Position numbers and translations under genes: made by a program
Notes under the pieces: model-generated
What the model was told of the DNA's origin: nothing
Seen by the model: only the letters and a program-made list of their open reading frames with translations
Database searches by the model: none
In this document: positions 50,214 to 59,799 of the stretch, in pieces
Layout: every line of letters starts with the position of its first letter
Position numbering within the stretch: the first letter of the stretch is position 1
Virus record (IMG/VR): IMGVR_UViG_3300028920_000022
Coordinates: 62,001-126,000 of that record
DNA length: 64,000 nt
Reading direction: 5' to 3' (one strand)

Positions 50214-50687
50214 ATGGCAAGTCCTAGTGGTTTTTCTGATATGTTACGGCAGCTTGGCGATTGGTTGGGTATTACGCTGGTTGTGGCTAGTGTTGCTGTC
50301 GGAATTGTAACAATTGCCTACTTTATTTATGCCTACAATGCTGGTGTAGAAGATGCCAGAGCGCGAATTTTGGAGCAAAAAAATGCTTCCGATGCTCAAC
50401 TAGAAATAGAAAAACTCAAGAAGCCGCCATTAACTATTGCGTGTTATGATGGGAACAACCGTTTGGTTTTTGGACTACAGGGTCTTGGCAATGTAGATTT
50501 TCACCCCATGAATGCGACTGGTAATATGTGTATTGGAAATGAATGTTCCCATTGTTCGGTAATAAATGGAAGTAAAAAATGGGATGAAATTCAAAAACCG
50601 GTGGCTGTTAACAAACCGGACAAAAAAGAGCAAGAAAAAACGAAGGACACTACGGTTAGTGTCTTTTTGCCTAAAACATCCAAGTGA
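50214..50687 (+). CDS. membrane-anchored protein
   Basis: promoter 50160-50188; one TM. Confidence 0.65.
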   Translation: MASPSGFSDMLRQLGDWLGITLVVASVAVGIVTIAYFIYAYNAGVEDARARILEQKNASDAQLEIEKLKKPPLTIACYDGNNRLVFGLQGLGNVDFHPMNATGNMCIGNECSHCSVINGSKKWDEIQKPVAVNKPDKKEQEKTKDTTVSVFLPKTSK

Positions 50688-51416
50688 GATACATATTCCA
50701 ACAAATATTTCTTGGTAGTGGATCATATTCCCTACAACAAATACGTACAGTCTTTTTCCGACTAGACGATGCATTTTCTCATTTGTCCGGCATGCAACAA
50801 AACGGTGGAATGGGTACAGAGTTTAGTGAGGAATACCAACAAAAAAACGAAGAAGAGATAAAAGACATTCTTCGTGATGTTATTTGTGCTTTTGGGTTCG
50901 ATCCTGGCTGCGTCGAATTTAAAAAACAAAAGTTGCCACCCAACTCAGGACCCATAGCCAACAAGTTATTGGAAGATGCGCCAGACGAAAACCAATATGC
51001 ACACATTAGTTTTAGACCTTATTCTGCAAACGAAAAGCCGCCAGATCCAAAAGTAAAAGATAATGGTCTTGTAGGTATAATCAAGTTTGACATGGATTGT
51101 GATAGATTATATCAACTAGCTAGGCTTCTTTGCGAGAAATTCTGATGCGGTATTGGTGTTTGTTGTTGCTGTGTGTTTCGTGTCGTAGCGTTGTTGACGA
51201 CCCAAACAAACCACAAGAAGATTGTCGTGAAAAATGGGAAGAACGTGGCAGCAGCGTTGTTTGCATGCACCCTTATCATCAAATATTTTTGATATACAGA
51301 AATGGGCAGCCGGATGGAGCTATATGCAAATGTATTCCTCCAACCGACGCTGGTGACGCTGGTATAGAGTCAAAACTCTATGTAAATATTACTGACAAAG
51401 ATTTGGAAAACAAATA

Positions 51417-51887
51417 GTGTATCTTATACTTGCTGGCTGTTTAATTTTAGTTGGGTTAATTATTTCCTCATTTTTTGGAAAAGCAAGGGATATACAAAAA
51501 ATAGACGCGCAAAATAATAGAGAAGATCCCAAACTAGAAGTGAAAGATATTCCTCCTGGTTGTACGGGTTTAACCTATTCGTTGCACAAAAATCATTCTA
51601 ATCTTCCTTTTGTATATGATTTTTCAAACGCGGAATGTGTCGGTGGCGAGCCTGTTATAATAAATGTTACAGAGGACAAGAAAATTAACCTTATTATTTC
51701 CAAGGCTACATATAAAACATTACTTAGTTCAGCGCCTGAAAACAGTTCGTCCGTTTTGTACGTTAATAACATAACTGTTTTGCCGAGGTTGAAACACTTG
51801 GTGGCAACAATCTCAGCAATCAAAAGACTAAAACATACAAAAGAGATAGTCAGACGAGAACGAATCATCAAGGATGTGGTGGTATAA
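51417..51887 (+). CDS. membrane-anchored protein with C-terminal IKDVVV motif
   Basis: N-terminal TM; ends ERIIKDVVV*. Confidence 0.6.
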   Translation: MYLILAGCLILVGLIISSFFGKARDIQKIDAQNNREDPKLEVKDIPPGCTGLTYSLHKNHSNLPFVYDFSNAECVGGEPVIINVTEDKKINLIISKATYKTLLSSAPENSSSVLYVNNITVLPRLKHLVATISAIKRLKHTKEIVRRERIIKDVVV

Positions 51888-52207
51888 GTGCTACGAGAAA
51901 TTGAGATTGTTTTAAGCGGACCTATTTGTAATTGTAAATCGCAGGACTTGGGGTGGGGTTTTGCAGGAGATTCACTGCGAGTATTTTGTAAACGATGTAA
52001 CACCAATCTATATGTAGAGAAATCTAAAATCCAGGGTTGTGTCGTATGTGATAGCGAATATCCTGACGGTTTAGCGGAGTATACTGAAATAATAGATAAA
52101 TCAGAACCGGCTAATGTATCTGTTTTGTATAGTACAGGCGAAGATGGAAAGCCCGTTAGGCACATTAAATAGTTGACATGCTAGCGCGGTTTTGATATCA
52201 TGCGGGA

Positions 52208-52852
52208 ATGAAATATCCTCGAACATATCATCTGCCGTTCTCTCCCGGGGCAACAAACGATGATAAAACTATGCGGGATATTAGTTCTTTATTGAATGTG
52301 CCCGTAGTTATAACAGAAAAAATGGACGGATCAAACACCTGCTTGATGCGTCAAGAATGTTTTGCCAGAAGCCATGCCGCTTCGCCGGCACACATTTCTT
52401 TTAGCATGTTTAAAGCCTTACATGCTAACATAAAACGTTGTATCCCTACCGGCGTTCAGTTTTTTGGTGAATGGCTGTACGCCAAGCATTCAATAATATA
52501 TGAGAACTTACCGAGCTATTTTATGCTATTTGGGGTTAGAGATCTAGATCATAGTAAATGGTTATCGTGGGAAGCGGTAGAACAATTGTCTGATGTTATT
52601 GGGGTTAATCTAGTTCCTACAATAGCTAGAAACAAAACTTTCAAGACGGAAAAAGAATTAAAGAAATTCATCAACAAGTATCAAAAATTGCCTGGCGAAT
52701 TTGGACAAAGAGAAGGTTTTGTCATTCGGCATATGACTGAGTTCGATAATAGTACATTTCAACAATGTGTTGCAAAGTGGGTACGCGCCGGGCATAATCA
52801 GATTGATGAGCACTGGATGCGCAAAGAAGTGGAGAAAAACGGTTTAAGATGA
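52208..52852 (+). CDS. RNA ligase-family nucleotidyltransferase, leaderless
   Basis: KYPRT.HLP.S, TEKMDGSN, GEW, EGFVIR, AKWVR; promoter 52173-52201. Confidence 0.85.
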   Translation: MKYPRTYHLPFSPGATNDDKTMRDISSLLNVPVVITEKMDGSNTCLMRQECFARSHAASPAHISFSMFKALHANIKRCIPTGVQFFGEWLYAKHSIIYENLPSYFMLFGVRDLDHSKWLSWEAVEQLSDVIGVNLVPTIARNKTFKTEKELKKFINKYQKLPGEFGQREGFVIRHMTEFDNSTFQQCVAKWVRAGHNQIDEHWMRKEVEKNGLR

Positions 52853-53209
52853 GCACCATTCCCGTAATCGTTGACTCAGTTAAGGATACACATTCTAGAT
52901 GTATATATTTTTATATTGAAAGCGGGGCAATTGAAAAAAAGTTTAGTTCGGTTGATGTTATTGAATCAATTTTTGATCAGCATACAGAAGAGATAGACGT
53001 TGCCCAAGTATGGGTTTCCAATTCGGAATTCGATCGTAAACCAAAACGAGGTGATGTTTATCGAGTGTCCAAGAGCTTGCTTACTGCTTTAGTTAATACA
53101 ACCGTTCCTGCTAAATATTCAGCACTAGAAACCAAAGCATACGCTGAATGGTCTGCTTTGCAGGCTAAAAAAGCAGAGGAGAATTCCAGCAAATTACCAA
53201 GGAAATCTG

Positions 53210-53800
53210 ATGCCAAGCGAATATAAAATTGCTTCTAAATTATCCTACGAAGACCTATATCAGGTGCAGGATTATCTTATCGATATGTCAGACAGCACCA
53301 TTACTGCCACAGATGTGTGGAAAGATATTGGAAAAATATTACCTACAGGATTAACGAAGCAGCAATTTCTTAAATCATTTACTGCCAACGTAAAAATGAA
53401 ACGCTTGGCTGGGTTTGTGATTCGGGAAGACAAGGTTCTATTAGATAATATTGAAGTAGCCAAGAAAAACTTGACTCATCTAAAGAATCCGCCTAAAATA
53501 ATAGATGACGTTCAAGAGACGTTTAGGAAACCACTTACTACCATGAATAGAACAAAAAAAGTGTGGATAAAAGACAGCTGTTATCGTGTTCCGATGGCAG
53601 CACAAGACATTCACACCTTAATTGAAAGAGTTTTTCTTGGTAAAAAGGATGCTTCTGGAGATGTAATCCTCAATAAAGAACATTATCAATGTGATACCAA
53701 GCTTTTACACAGATATTTTACAGAATTTTTGGGAATTGGTCCCACACCAGAAGATCCACATGAAGATCAAGAATTACCAGACTGGTTGTTAGAGGGTTGA
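53210..53800 (+). CDS. distant paralog of the 32665 wHTH-like protein
   Basis: L...DL..VQ.YL...IT.TDV...L...F..S...K...LAG pattern shared. Confidence 0.55.
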   Translation: MPSEYKIASKLSYEDLYQVQDYLIDMSDSTITATDVWKDIGKILPTGLTKQQFLKSFTANVKMKRLAGFVIREDKVLLDNIEVAKKNLTHLKNPPKIIDDVQETFRKPLTTMNRTKKVWIKDSCYRVPMAAQDIHTLIERVFLGKKDASGDVILNKEHYQCDTKLLHRYFTEFLGIGPTPEDPHEDQELPDWLLEG

Positions 53801-53802
53801 AA

Positions 53803-54396
53803 ATGAAAGCTTTGTTACTAGTTGATATTCAAAACGATTTTCTGCCAGGCGGTTCGCTGGCGGTAAATGAGGGGGATTTAATTATCCCCGTTGCAAACGA
53901 ATTGATGGCGCCCAGAGTTACAGATCTGGTGGTTGCAACACAAGATTGGCACCCTCATGGACACGGAAGTTTTGCCTCTGCTAATGGTAAAAACCCTTTC
54001 GAAATGGGTGAGTTATCCGGTTTGCCACAAGTAATGTGGCCAGACCACTGTGTTCAGCATACTTTTGGTGCTCAGCTGGCAGATGAATTAAAAGAAGAAA
54101 AAATTCACAAAACATTTGTTAAAGGAACTGATCCTACTGTTGATAGCTATAGTGCGTTTTATGACAATGCGAAGCGCAATTCCACCGGATTAGGCGAGTG
54201 GCTGAAAAAACAGGGGGTTACTGAGCTTATTGTTTTAGGTTTGGCTACCGATTACTGTGTCAAGTTTTCAGTATTGGATGCATTAGAGCTTGGTTTTAAA
54301 GTCAAACTTGTTGTTGATGGCTGCCGGGCGGTTGATCCGGTTGCTGGAGAACGGGCTATAAAAGATATGGAAGAGGCTGGGGCAGAATTAATATGA
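53803..54396 (+). CDS. pncA: nicotinamidase/pyrazinamidase
   Basis: VDIQNDF, QDWHP..H, WPDHC, KG, GLATDYCV. Confidence 0.95.
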   Translation: MKALLLVDIQNDFLPGGSLAVNEGDLIIPVANELMAPRVTDLVVATQDWHPHGHGSFASANGKNPFEMGELSGLPQVMWPDHCVQHTFGAQLADELKEEKIHKTFVKGTDPTVDSYSAFYDNAKRNSTGLGEWLKKQGVTELIVLGLATDYCVKFSVLDALELGFKVKLVVDGCRAVDPVAGERAIKDMEEAGAELI

Positions 54397-55721
54397 CCAC
54401 GTTAGCAATGACCGTAGCAAAAGCAGAAAGCCATCCCAACGCGGATGCGTTGCGTGTGTATCAATTTGCTCTTCCAAACAGGGAAGATACGCTACAGGTT
54501 GTGGCTAATTTAGAAAATGTCTACGAAGTTGGTGACGTTGTGGTAGTGGTTTTGGCAGACGCCACTCTTAAAGACAATACCAATATAAAAGCCTGCAAAC
54601 TGCGCGGAGTGCCTTCGTATGGAATGGCGCTTGGTAAAACCGAAGTTGAAGTAGGTACCGACTTAACTGAGCAATATGAGTTGCCTGTTGTTCAACGCCG
54701 TGGTGTAAACGTAATCAAATGGACCGAAATTGAATCGTTGTATAATGTGCGACGTGGTCTAAAAGAAATGGGTAAAGAAGATACCCATGTGACGTACTTA
54801 GGGAAAGTAAAGTTGCATGGCAGCTGCGCCGGAATTCAATTATTTACTGACGGACGTATTGTTCCACAAAGCCGTACAAGAGTTTTAGATCCGGAAGATG
54901 ATAATATGGGATTTGCCCGCTGGACAGTTTCCATGTACGATTATTTTTCGCAAGTGCGAGCCAGAGCAAACGAGCTAGGTTATGATCATGTCGTTATTTT
55001 TGGAGAGTGGTCGGGGTCTGGGATCAATAAAGGTGTAGCTATATCTAAAATTGATAGAAAGATTCTGGCTGTTTTTGCGGTACAAATTGGCGGATTGGAT
55101 ACGCCAGCGAAACTAGATATTAACGGTACATCTATCCGCAAACTGTTTCCAGAACATGATGACGTATTCGTTTTGCCCTGGTTGGGTGATGCTTTAATGC
55201 TTGATTTTTCTAACAAAGAACAGTTAGAACGGCAGGCTGAGAAGATAAACCAGTTGGTAGAATCGGTAGAAACACGAGATCCTTGGGTTTACGACACTTT
55301 TGGTGTAGACGGTCTTGGCGAAGGTGTGGTAATGTATCCACTCATCGATAAAAAATACCTCGGAAAAGATGGTCCTATCTTTGTGGATAAAATGGAATTT
55401 TCTGACCTAGTATTTAAAGCCAAAGGTGAGAAACACAAAGTGGTCAAAAGCAAAAAAGCAGCCCAGATTGATCCTGAAGTAGCTGCTGGGGTGGAAGATT
55501 TTGTATCTTTGTTTGTGACTGAGCCACGACTAGAACAGTTCGCACAGCAGGTGGGAATTAGTCAGAAAAATACTGGAGAGTTTCTGAAAAGGTTTTGTTC
55601 TGATGTACAAAAAGAAAGTGTTGCTGAGCTGGAAGCTTCTGGTTTAGAATGGAAACAAGTATCAAAACCTGTCGGCACAGCAGCTAGAACATGGTATTTA
55701 AACGAATGTAAAAAACTATGA
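54393..55721 (+). CDS. RNA ligase with N-terminal tRNA-binding-like domain (DRB0094/Rnl2-like)
   Basis: HPNAD.L, KLRG..S.G, KVKLHGS, FGEW, GEGVV, FKAKGEKH. Confidence 0.8.
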   Translation: MTTLAMTVAKAESHPNADALRVYQFALPNREDTLQVVANLENVYEVGDVVVVVLADATLKDNTNIKACKLRGVPSYGMALGKTEVEVGTDLTEQYELPVVQRRGVNVIKWTEIESLYNVRRGLKEMGKEDTHVTYLGKVKLHGSCAGIQLFTDGRIVPQSRTRVLDPEDDNMGFARWTVSMYDYFSQVRARANELGYDHVVIFGEWSGSGINKGVAISKIDRKILAVFAVQIGGLDTPAKLDINGTSIRKLFPEHDDVFVLPWLGDALMLDFSNKEQLERQAEKINQLVESVETRDPWVYDTFGVDGLGEGVVMYPLIDKKYLGKDGPIFVDKMEFSDLVFKAKGEKHKVVKSKKAAQIDPEVAAGVEDFVSLFVTEPRLEQFAQQVGISQKNTGEFLKRFCSDVQKESVAELEASGLEWKQVSKPVGTAARTWYLNECKKL

Positions 55722-55952
55722 AACTAGGCTTGTTTTTAATCGCAATAGCTTTGATTCTTTGCGGTTTGATTCGTTTGGGAAACCAACACGACCGGCAGCA
55801 AGAAAACAAACTAAAAGCTGAAGTAGACAAAATAACACAGCAGCAAAAAGAATATAAAAAGAATTGTGAAAAACATGGTGGAGTTTACGTTCCAATAACT
55901 GAAGGGCTTCAACTACACATGTATTGTATGAGAAAAGATCTTTTTGTTTCCG

Positions 55953-56357
55953 ATGAGAAATAAAGCTAAATGGTACCATTATTTGCTGTCACATTTATAT
56001 AATGTGTGGTCAGTTTTTGTACGCCGGAAATGTTTGCGGGTATTATTTGCTACATCCAGATTATCTATGTTGTATACGCATTTCTGGGTTTGTACTTGTA
56101 CACCATTAGAAATAAAAAACGGAAAATATATAAAACATACTACTTGGTTGTTTAAATGCGAAGAGTGTGGTATTGTTTTAGGTAGAGGTTATTTTGAACT
56201 TGAAAATATTGGTATTGAGCATGGCTACTTGATAAGGGACGATTGTGATAATTTGTGTTCATTTGTGGGAAAATATCATAGCGCTGTAGTGGGAAACCCG
56301 CTGGTTTTGACCGAGCGAACCTGCAGAGATCATCAAGTACAATCAGTATTATTCTGA
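55953..56357 (+). CDS. hypothetical protein with divergent C-terminal VQSVLF motif
   Basis: CEECG..CRDHQVQSVLF*. Confidence 0.55.
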   Translation: MRNKAKWYHYLLSHLYNVWSVFVRRKCLRVLFATSRLSMLYTHFWVCTCTPLEIKNGKYIKHTTWLFKCEECGIVLGRGYFELENIGIEHGYLIRDDCDNLCSFVGKYHSAVVGNPLVLTERTCRDHQVQSVLF

Positions 56358-56363
56358 GGAAAA

Positions 56364-58643
56364 ATGGAAAGACCTAAATCAAACATTATTGTAGAAACGG
56401 GCGGAGAAGGTACCGAAGAAACTTTTGGTATCGGAAACCTGGGCTTCATTCTTAAAGTTCTTCGGGGGAAGATGTATGCTAATCCTATTAAAGCTATTTG
56501 CAGAGAAATTTCCTCCAATTCTCGCGACGCCCACCGCGAGGTGGGTAAGGATGATCTCCCTATAGAAATTAGTTTACCCAACAGTTTAGATCCACATATT
56601 CGGTTTAAAGATTATGGTCCTGGCATTAGTCCTGACCGTATGAGTAATGTTTTTATTTTGTATGGAAATACCACCAAAGATTCTGATAATGTACAGACTG
56701 GTGGGTTTGGTTTAGGAGCCAAAACTCCGTTCGCATATGCGGATCAGTTTAGTATTATTACCACCACCGAAGAGTTGGTTAATGAAAAAATAGTTCATAT
56801 TAAACGAAACTATATTGCTTACATAGATCCGTCAGAAGCCGGAAAGATGCGTTGTGTCAGCACCACAGAAACGAACGAACCCTGTGGTACCGAAATATCA
56901 ATTTTTGTCAGCGAAGATGATCGTAAAGCATTTACTGATGCTGCAATTGAAGTTACAGAGTTTTGGGATGTTAAACCAAAGCTGTCAGGAAAAAACCCAC
57001 TACCTAAATACAGAGAAAAGTCCAAAGCTCTTTTGGAGGGAAATGGCTGGAATGTTCCCGCGCAAGAAGAAAGTCGCAGGGAAGGGGGTTTAGCGATTGT
57101 AGATGGCATATCGTACCCCATTGATTCGTATTCTCTAAATATTCCATACGAAGAGCAGCGTATGTTGAATTACGGAATACGATTTTATTTTGGGGTTGGG
57201 GAACTAACTCTGTCTTCCAACCGTGAACAGCTACAATACGACAACAATACCACTAATAAAATTAAAGAAAAACTTCAGGACGTGCGTATACATGCGGAAA
57301 AATTTGTGGAAAAACGTTTAGCAAACTGTAAAACGTTACGCGAAGCATATCAATTTTATAGCGACATTAATTGGGCAATTTCAGGCTTAATTCCTAAAAG
57401 TTTTGTTCCAATATGGAATGGTATTGATGTTAGCGGGCGTGTAATATTCCTAAACATAGCTGCCCGCAGAAATAAATACGTAAAAAATGGTGTGGTTAAA
57501 GGTGTTTTTCTAGACAGTTATTCTATCGAAAGCAACGATAGATTATATAAAAATTCATCGTACGATGTGTTCGTACTCAATAATAGTGTACTTTATATTA
57601 ATGATTTGAGTACGGAAAGAATTTCACGCACTAGGGTGCGTAAAATATTAGAAAACACTAAAGAGAATGGTATCAGATATGTACAGGTATTGACATTTGA
57701 TGATGGAGACGTAGATGCTGGATTAAAACGTTGCCAAGAAGCAAACGAACAAAAAATTGATTTGCGACAATTAAATATCCATTATTTGTCTGATGTTCCA
57801 CTTCCCGAGAAAGAAAAGAAGACCAGAAAACCACGCAATGGCAGAGGTAGGAATAAGGAAGCTTTTTCAGCATTCAAGTTTGATTCTAGTTACGTAGCGA
57901 GACGGTCTTGTGATTGCGAGTGGCGCCCAGAAGAAATAGACAAAAACACCCAGGAACCGGCATGGTATGTAATACTTGAAGGTCACAAAAAGAATATTAT
58001 TAGTGGTAATTTGAACATGTCCGTGTCTTGGGTAAGAAGGATTAGAACATTTATTGATGAAATATATACCAGAGAACATAAAAGCGTTATAAATATTTAT
58101 GGCATACACAGTCAAGATATTAATAAAATAGGAAAAAATTGGGTACCTTTAGGTAAGGTGTTTAAAGAAGTGTTCGATGCACAACTTGGGATCCAACCGG
58201 TTGTGACATTAAAAAAGATTCGTGTTGCTATTCAGTCCCACAAATATACCATGGATAAAAACTTTAATAATCATTATATGCCCTTCATTCGTAACGGAAT
58301 TTCGTTTATTGAAAATAATGACAGTATTTTCAAGCAATATTGGGATGCATCTTGCGCTATAGAAAAAGAAATTAGCGAACACAAACAACTGTGGGGTTTT
58401 GCAGAGTTATTATATCCTAAAATTTTTGGCAAACAATTAAAGAACGAACAGTTAGAAATATGTGCCATTCAAGATAGGTTCTTGAAGAGATATCCATTAA
58501 TAAAAAACTTAGACACGTGGGATCCACCACCCAAAGAAGCGTTTTTTGAATATATTAATTTGATAGACGAAAAGTATTCTTTGTTAGAAAACAAAACAGT
58601 TGACAACGAAACTGGTTCTGTTAGGATGGTCGCCAACGGCTAG
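56364..58643 (+). CDS. rIIA: rIIA-like protein (N-terminal GHKL/HSP90-type ATPase)
   Basis: Y.NPI.AI.REI.SN..DAH, D.G.GI, G.FGLGAK.PF.Y, TTETNEP.GT; adjacent to rIIB-like gene. Confidence 0.85.
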   Translation: MERPKSNIIVETGGEGTEETFGIGNLGFILKVLRGKMYANPIKAICREISSNSRDAHREVGKDDLPIEISLPNSLDPHIRFKDYGPGISPDRMSNVFILYGNTTKDSDNVQTGGFGLGAKTPFAYADQFSIITTTEELVNEKIVHIKRNYIAYIDPSEAGKMRCVSTTETNEPCGTEISIFVSEDDRKAFTDAAIEVTEFWDVKPKLSGKNPLPKYREKSKALLEGNGWNVPAQEESRREGGLAIVDGISYPIDSYSLNIPYEEQRMLNYGIRFYFGVGELTLSSNREQLQYDNNTTNKIKEKLQDVRIHAEKFVEKRLANCKTLREAYQFYSDINWAISGLIPKSFVPIWNGIDVSGRVIFLNIAARRNKYVKNGVVKGVFLDSYSIESNDRLYKNSSYDVFVLNNSVLYINDLSTERISRTRVRKILENTKENGIRYVQVLTFDDGDVDAGLKRCQEANEQKIDLRQLNIHYLSDVPLPEKEKKTRKPRNGRGRNKEAFSAFKFDSSYVARRSCDCEWRPEEIDKNTQEPAWYVILEGHKKNIISGNLNMSVSWVRRIRTFIDEIYTREHKSVINIYGIHSQDINKIGKNWVPLGKVFKEVFDAQLGIQPVVTLKKIRVAIQSHKYTMDKNFNNHYMPFIRNGISFIENNDSIFKQYWDASCAIEKEISEHKQLWGFAELLYPKIFGKQLKNEQLEICAIQDRFLKRYPLIKNLDTWDPPPKEAFFEYINLIDEKYSLLENKTVDNETGSVRMVANG

Positions 58644-58653
58644 GAGAAACACA

Positions 58654-59556
58654 ATGAGTACATCAACCGGATATCCTTATGTTATGACGCGGGATGGAAT
58701 TACTGTATCTATGCCTGACGGCAGCAACAAATCCATCACATCAAATGACCCAAGGTTTACCCAGGTTGTTGAAATCATTCGTGAAAAACGATGGGAAGAC
58801 CTTGAGTCATTGTTGGACATGAAGAAATCTGTAGAAGATTATGGTCGCGAGGGTGGTGATAAGTCTTTTGAGGTTCGTGATGGTGTAGTTTTTGTGGACG
58901 GTGAGGCTCTGCCAGATGCTTTATCTAGTCGTATTGTTGATTTTATGAACCACAAATTGCCCTACGAACCGCTGTTGAAGTTTTGGGCTAATCTCCAATT
59001 GAACCCAAGCTTTCGGGCGGTAAACGATTTGTATGCCTATCTTGAAGCTAATAAGCACCCCATTACGGAAGATGGTTGTTTTATTGGGTATCGTGGTGTA
59101 ACAGCTGATTGGAAGGATCATTACACCCGAAAAATGGATAATAGTATCGGCGCGGTAGTAAAAATGCCTCGCAATAAGGTGGATGAGGATCCTAATGTGA
59201 CTTGTTCGCGAGGGTTGCATGTTGCTAGTTTTGAATATGCTAACAGCAGCTATGGAACCGAAACTGGCGGACATACTGTGGCTGTTATCGTAAATCCCAA
59301 AGATGTTGTGGCAATTCCTGTAGATTACAACAACGCCAAGATACGTGTTTGTGAATTCAAAATTGACAAAGAGATCGAAAAAAGCTTGAACGATCATCCT
59401 TTGTATCGGTCAGACGAATGTGATGAGGACGATTGTGGATGTCACACGTTTGAATCCGAAAACTCCGGCGATACTGATTATAATGAGGAAGAGGATTACG
59501 AGTATTATGATGACGAATCAGACTACGAGGATGACGATGAAAACGACGGCTTCTAA
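58654..59556 (+). CDS. rIIB: rIIB-like protein with acidic tail (start corrected)
   Basis: L.KFW.NL..NPS, PITEDGCFIGY, CSRGLH, V.VNPKDVV.IP.DY. Confidence 0.85.
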   Translation: MSTSTGYPYVMTRDGITVSMPDGSNKSITSNDPRFTQVVEIIREKRWEDLESLLDMKKSVEDYGREGGDKSFEVRDGVVFVDGEALPDALSSRIVDFMNHKLPYEPLLKFWANLQLNPSFRAVNDLYAYLEANKHPITEDGCFIGYRGVTADWKDHYTRKMDNSIGAVVKMPRNKVDEDPNVTCSRGLHVASFEYANSSYGTETGGHTVAVIVNPKDVVAIPVDYNNAKIRVCEFKIDKEIEKSLNDHPLYRSDECDEDDCGCHTFESENSGDTDYNEEEDYEYYDDESDYEDDDENDGF

Positions 59557-59799
59557 AGTAGTATTGGTAATTTCCTTCGCTATTATTATATGTTGGGTGG
59601 TGTTTGTTATTATTGCGGTCATCCGCTATCACCCCACTGTGAAAGAAAAATTGATACAAAACATTCAATACTACCAAGATACACGAACTGGACTTTGTTT
59701 TGCGGTAAGTGAGGCTTCTGGAGCCGGTTCTTCTGCTTTGGCTACTGTACCTTGTGACAAAGTCAAGGACCACCTATCACAAGTAGGAGATGTGCAATA

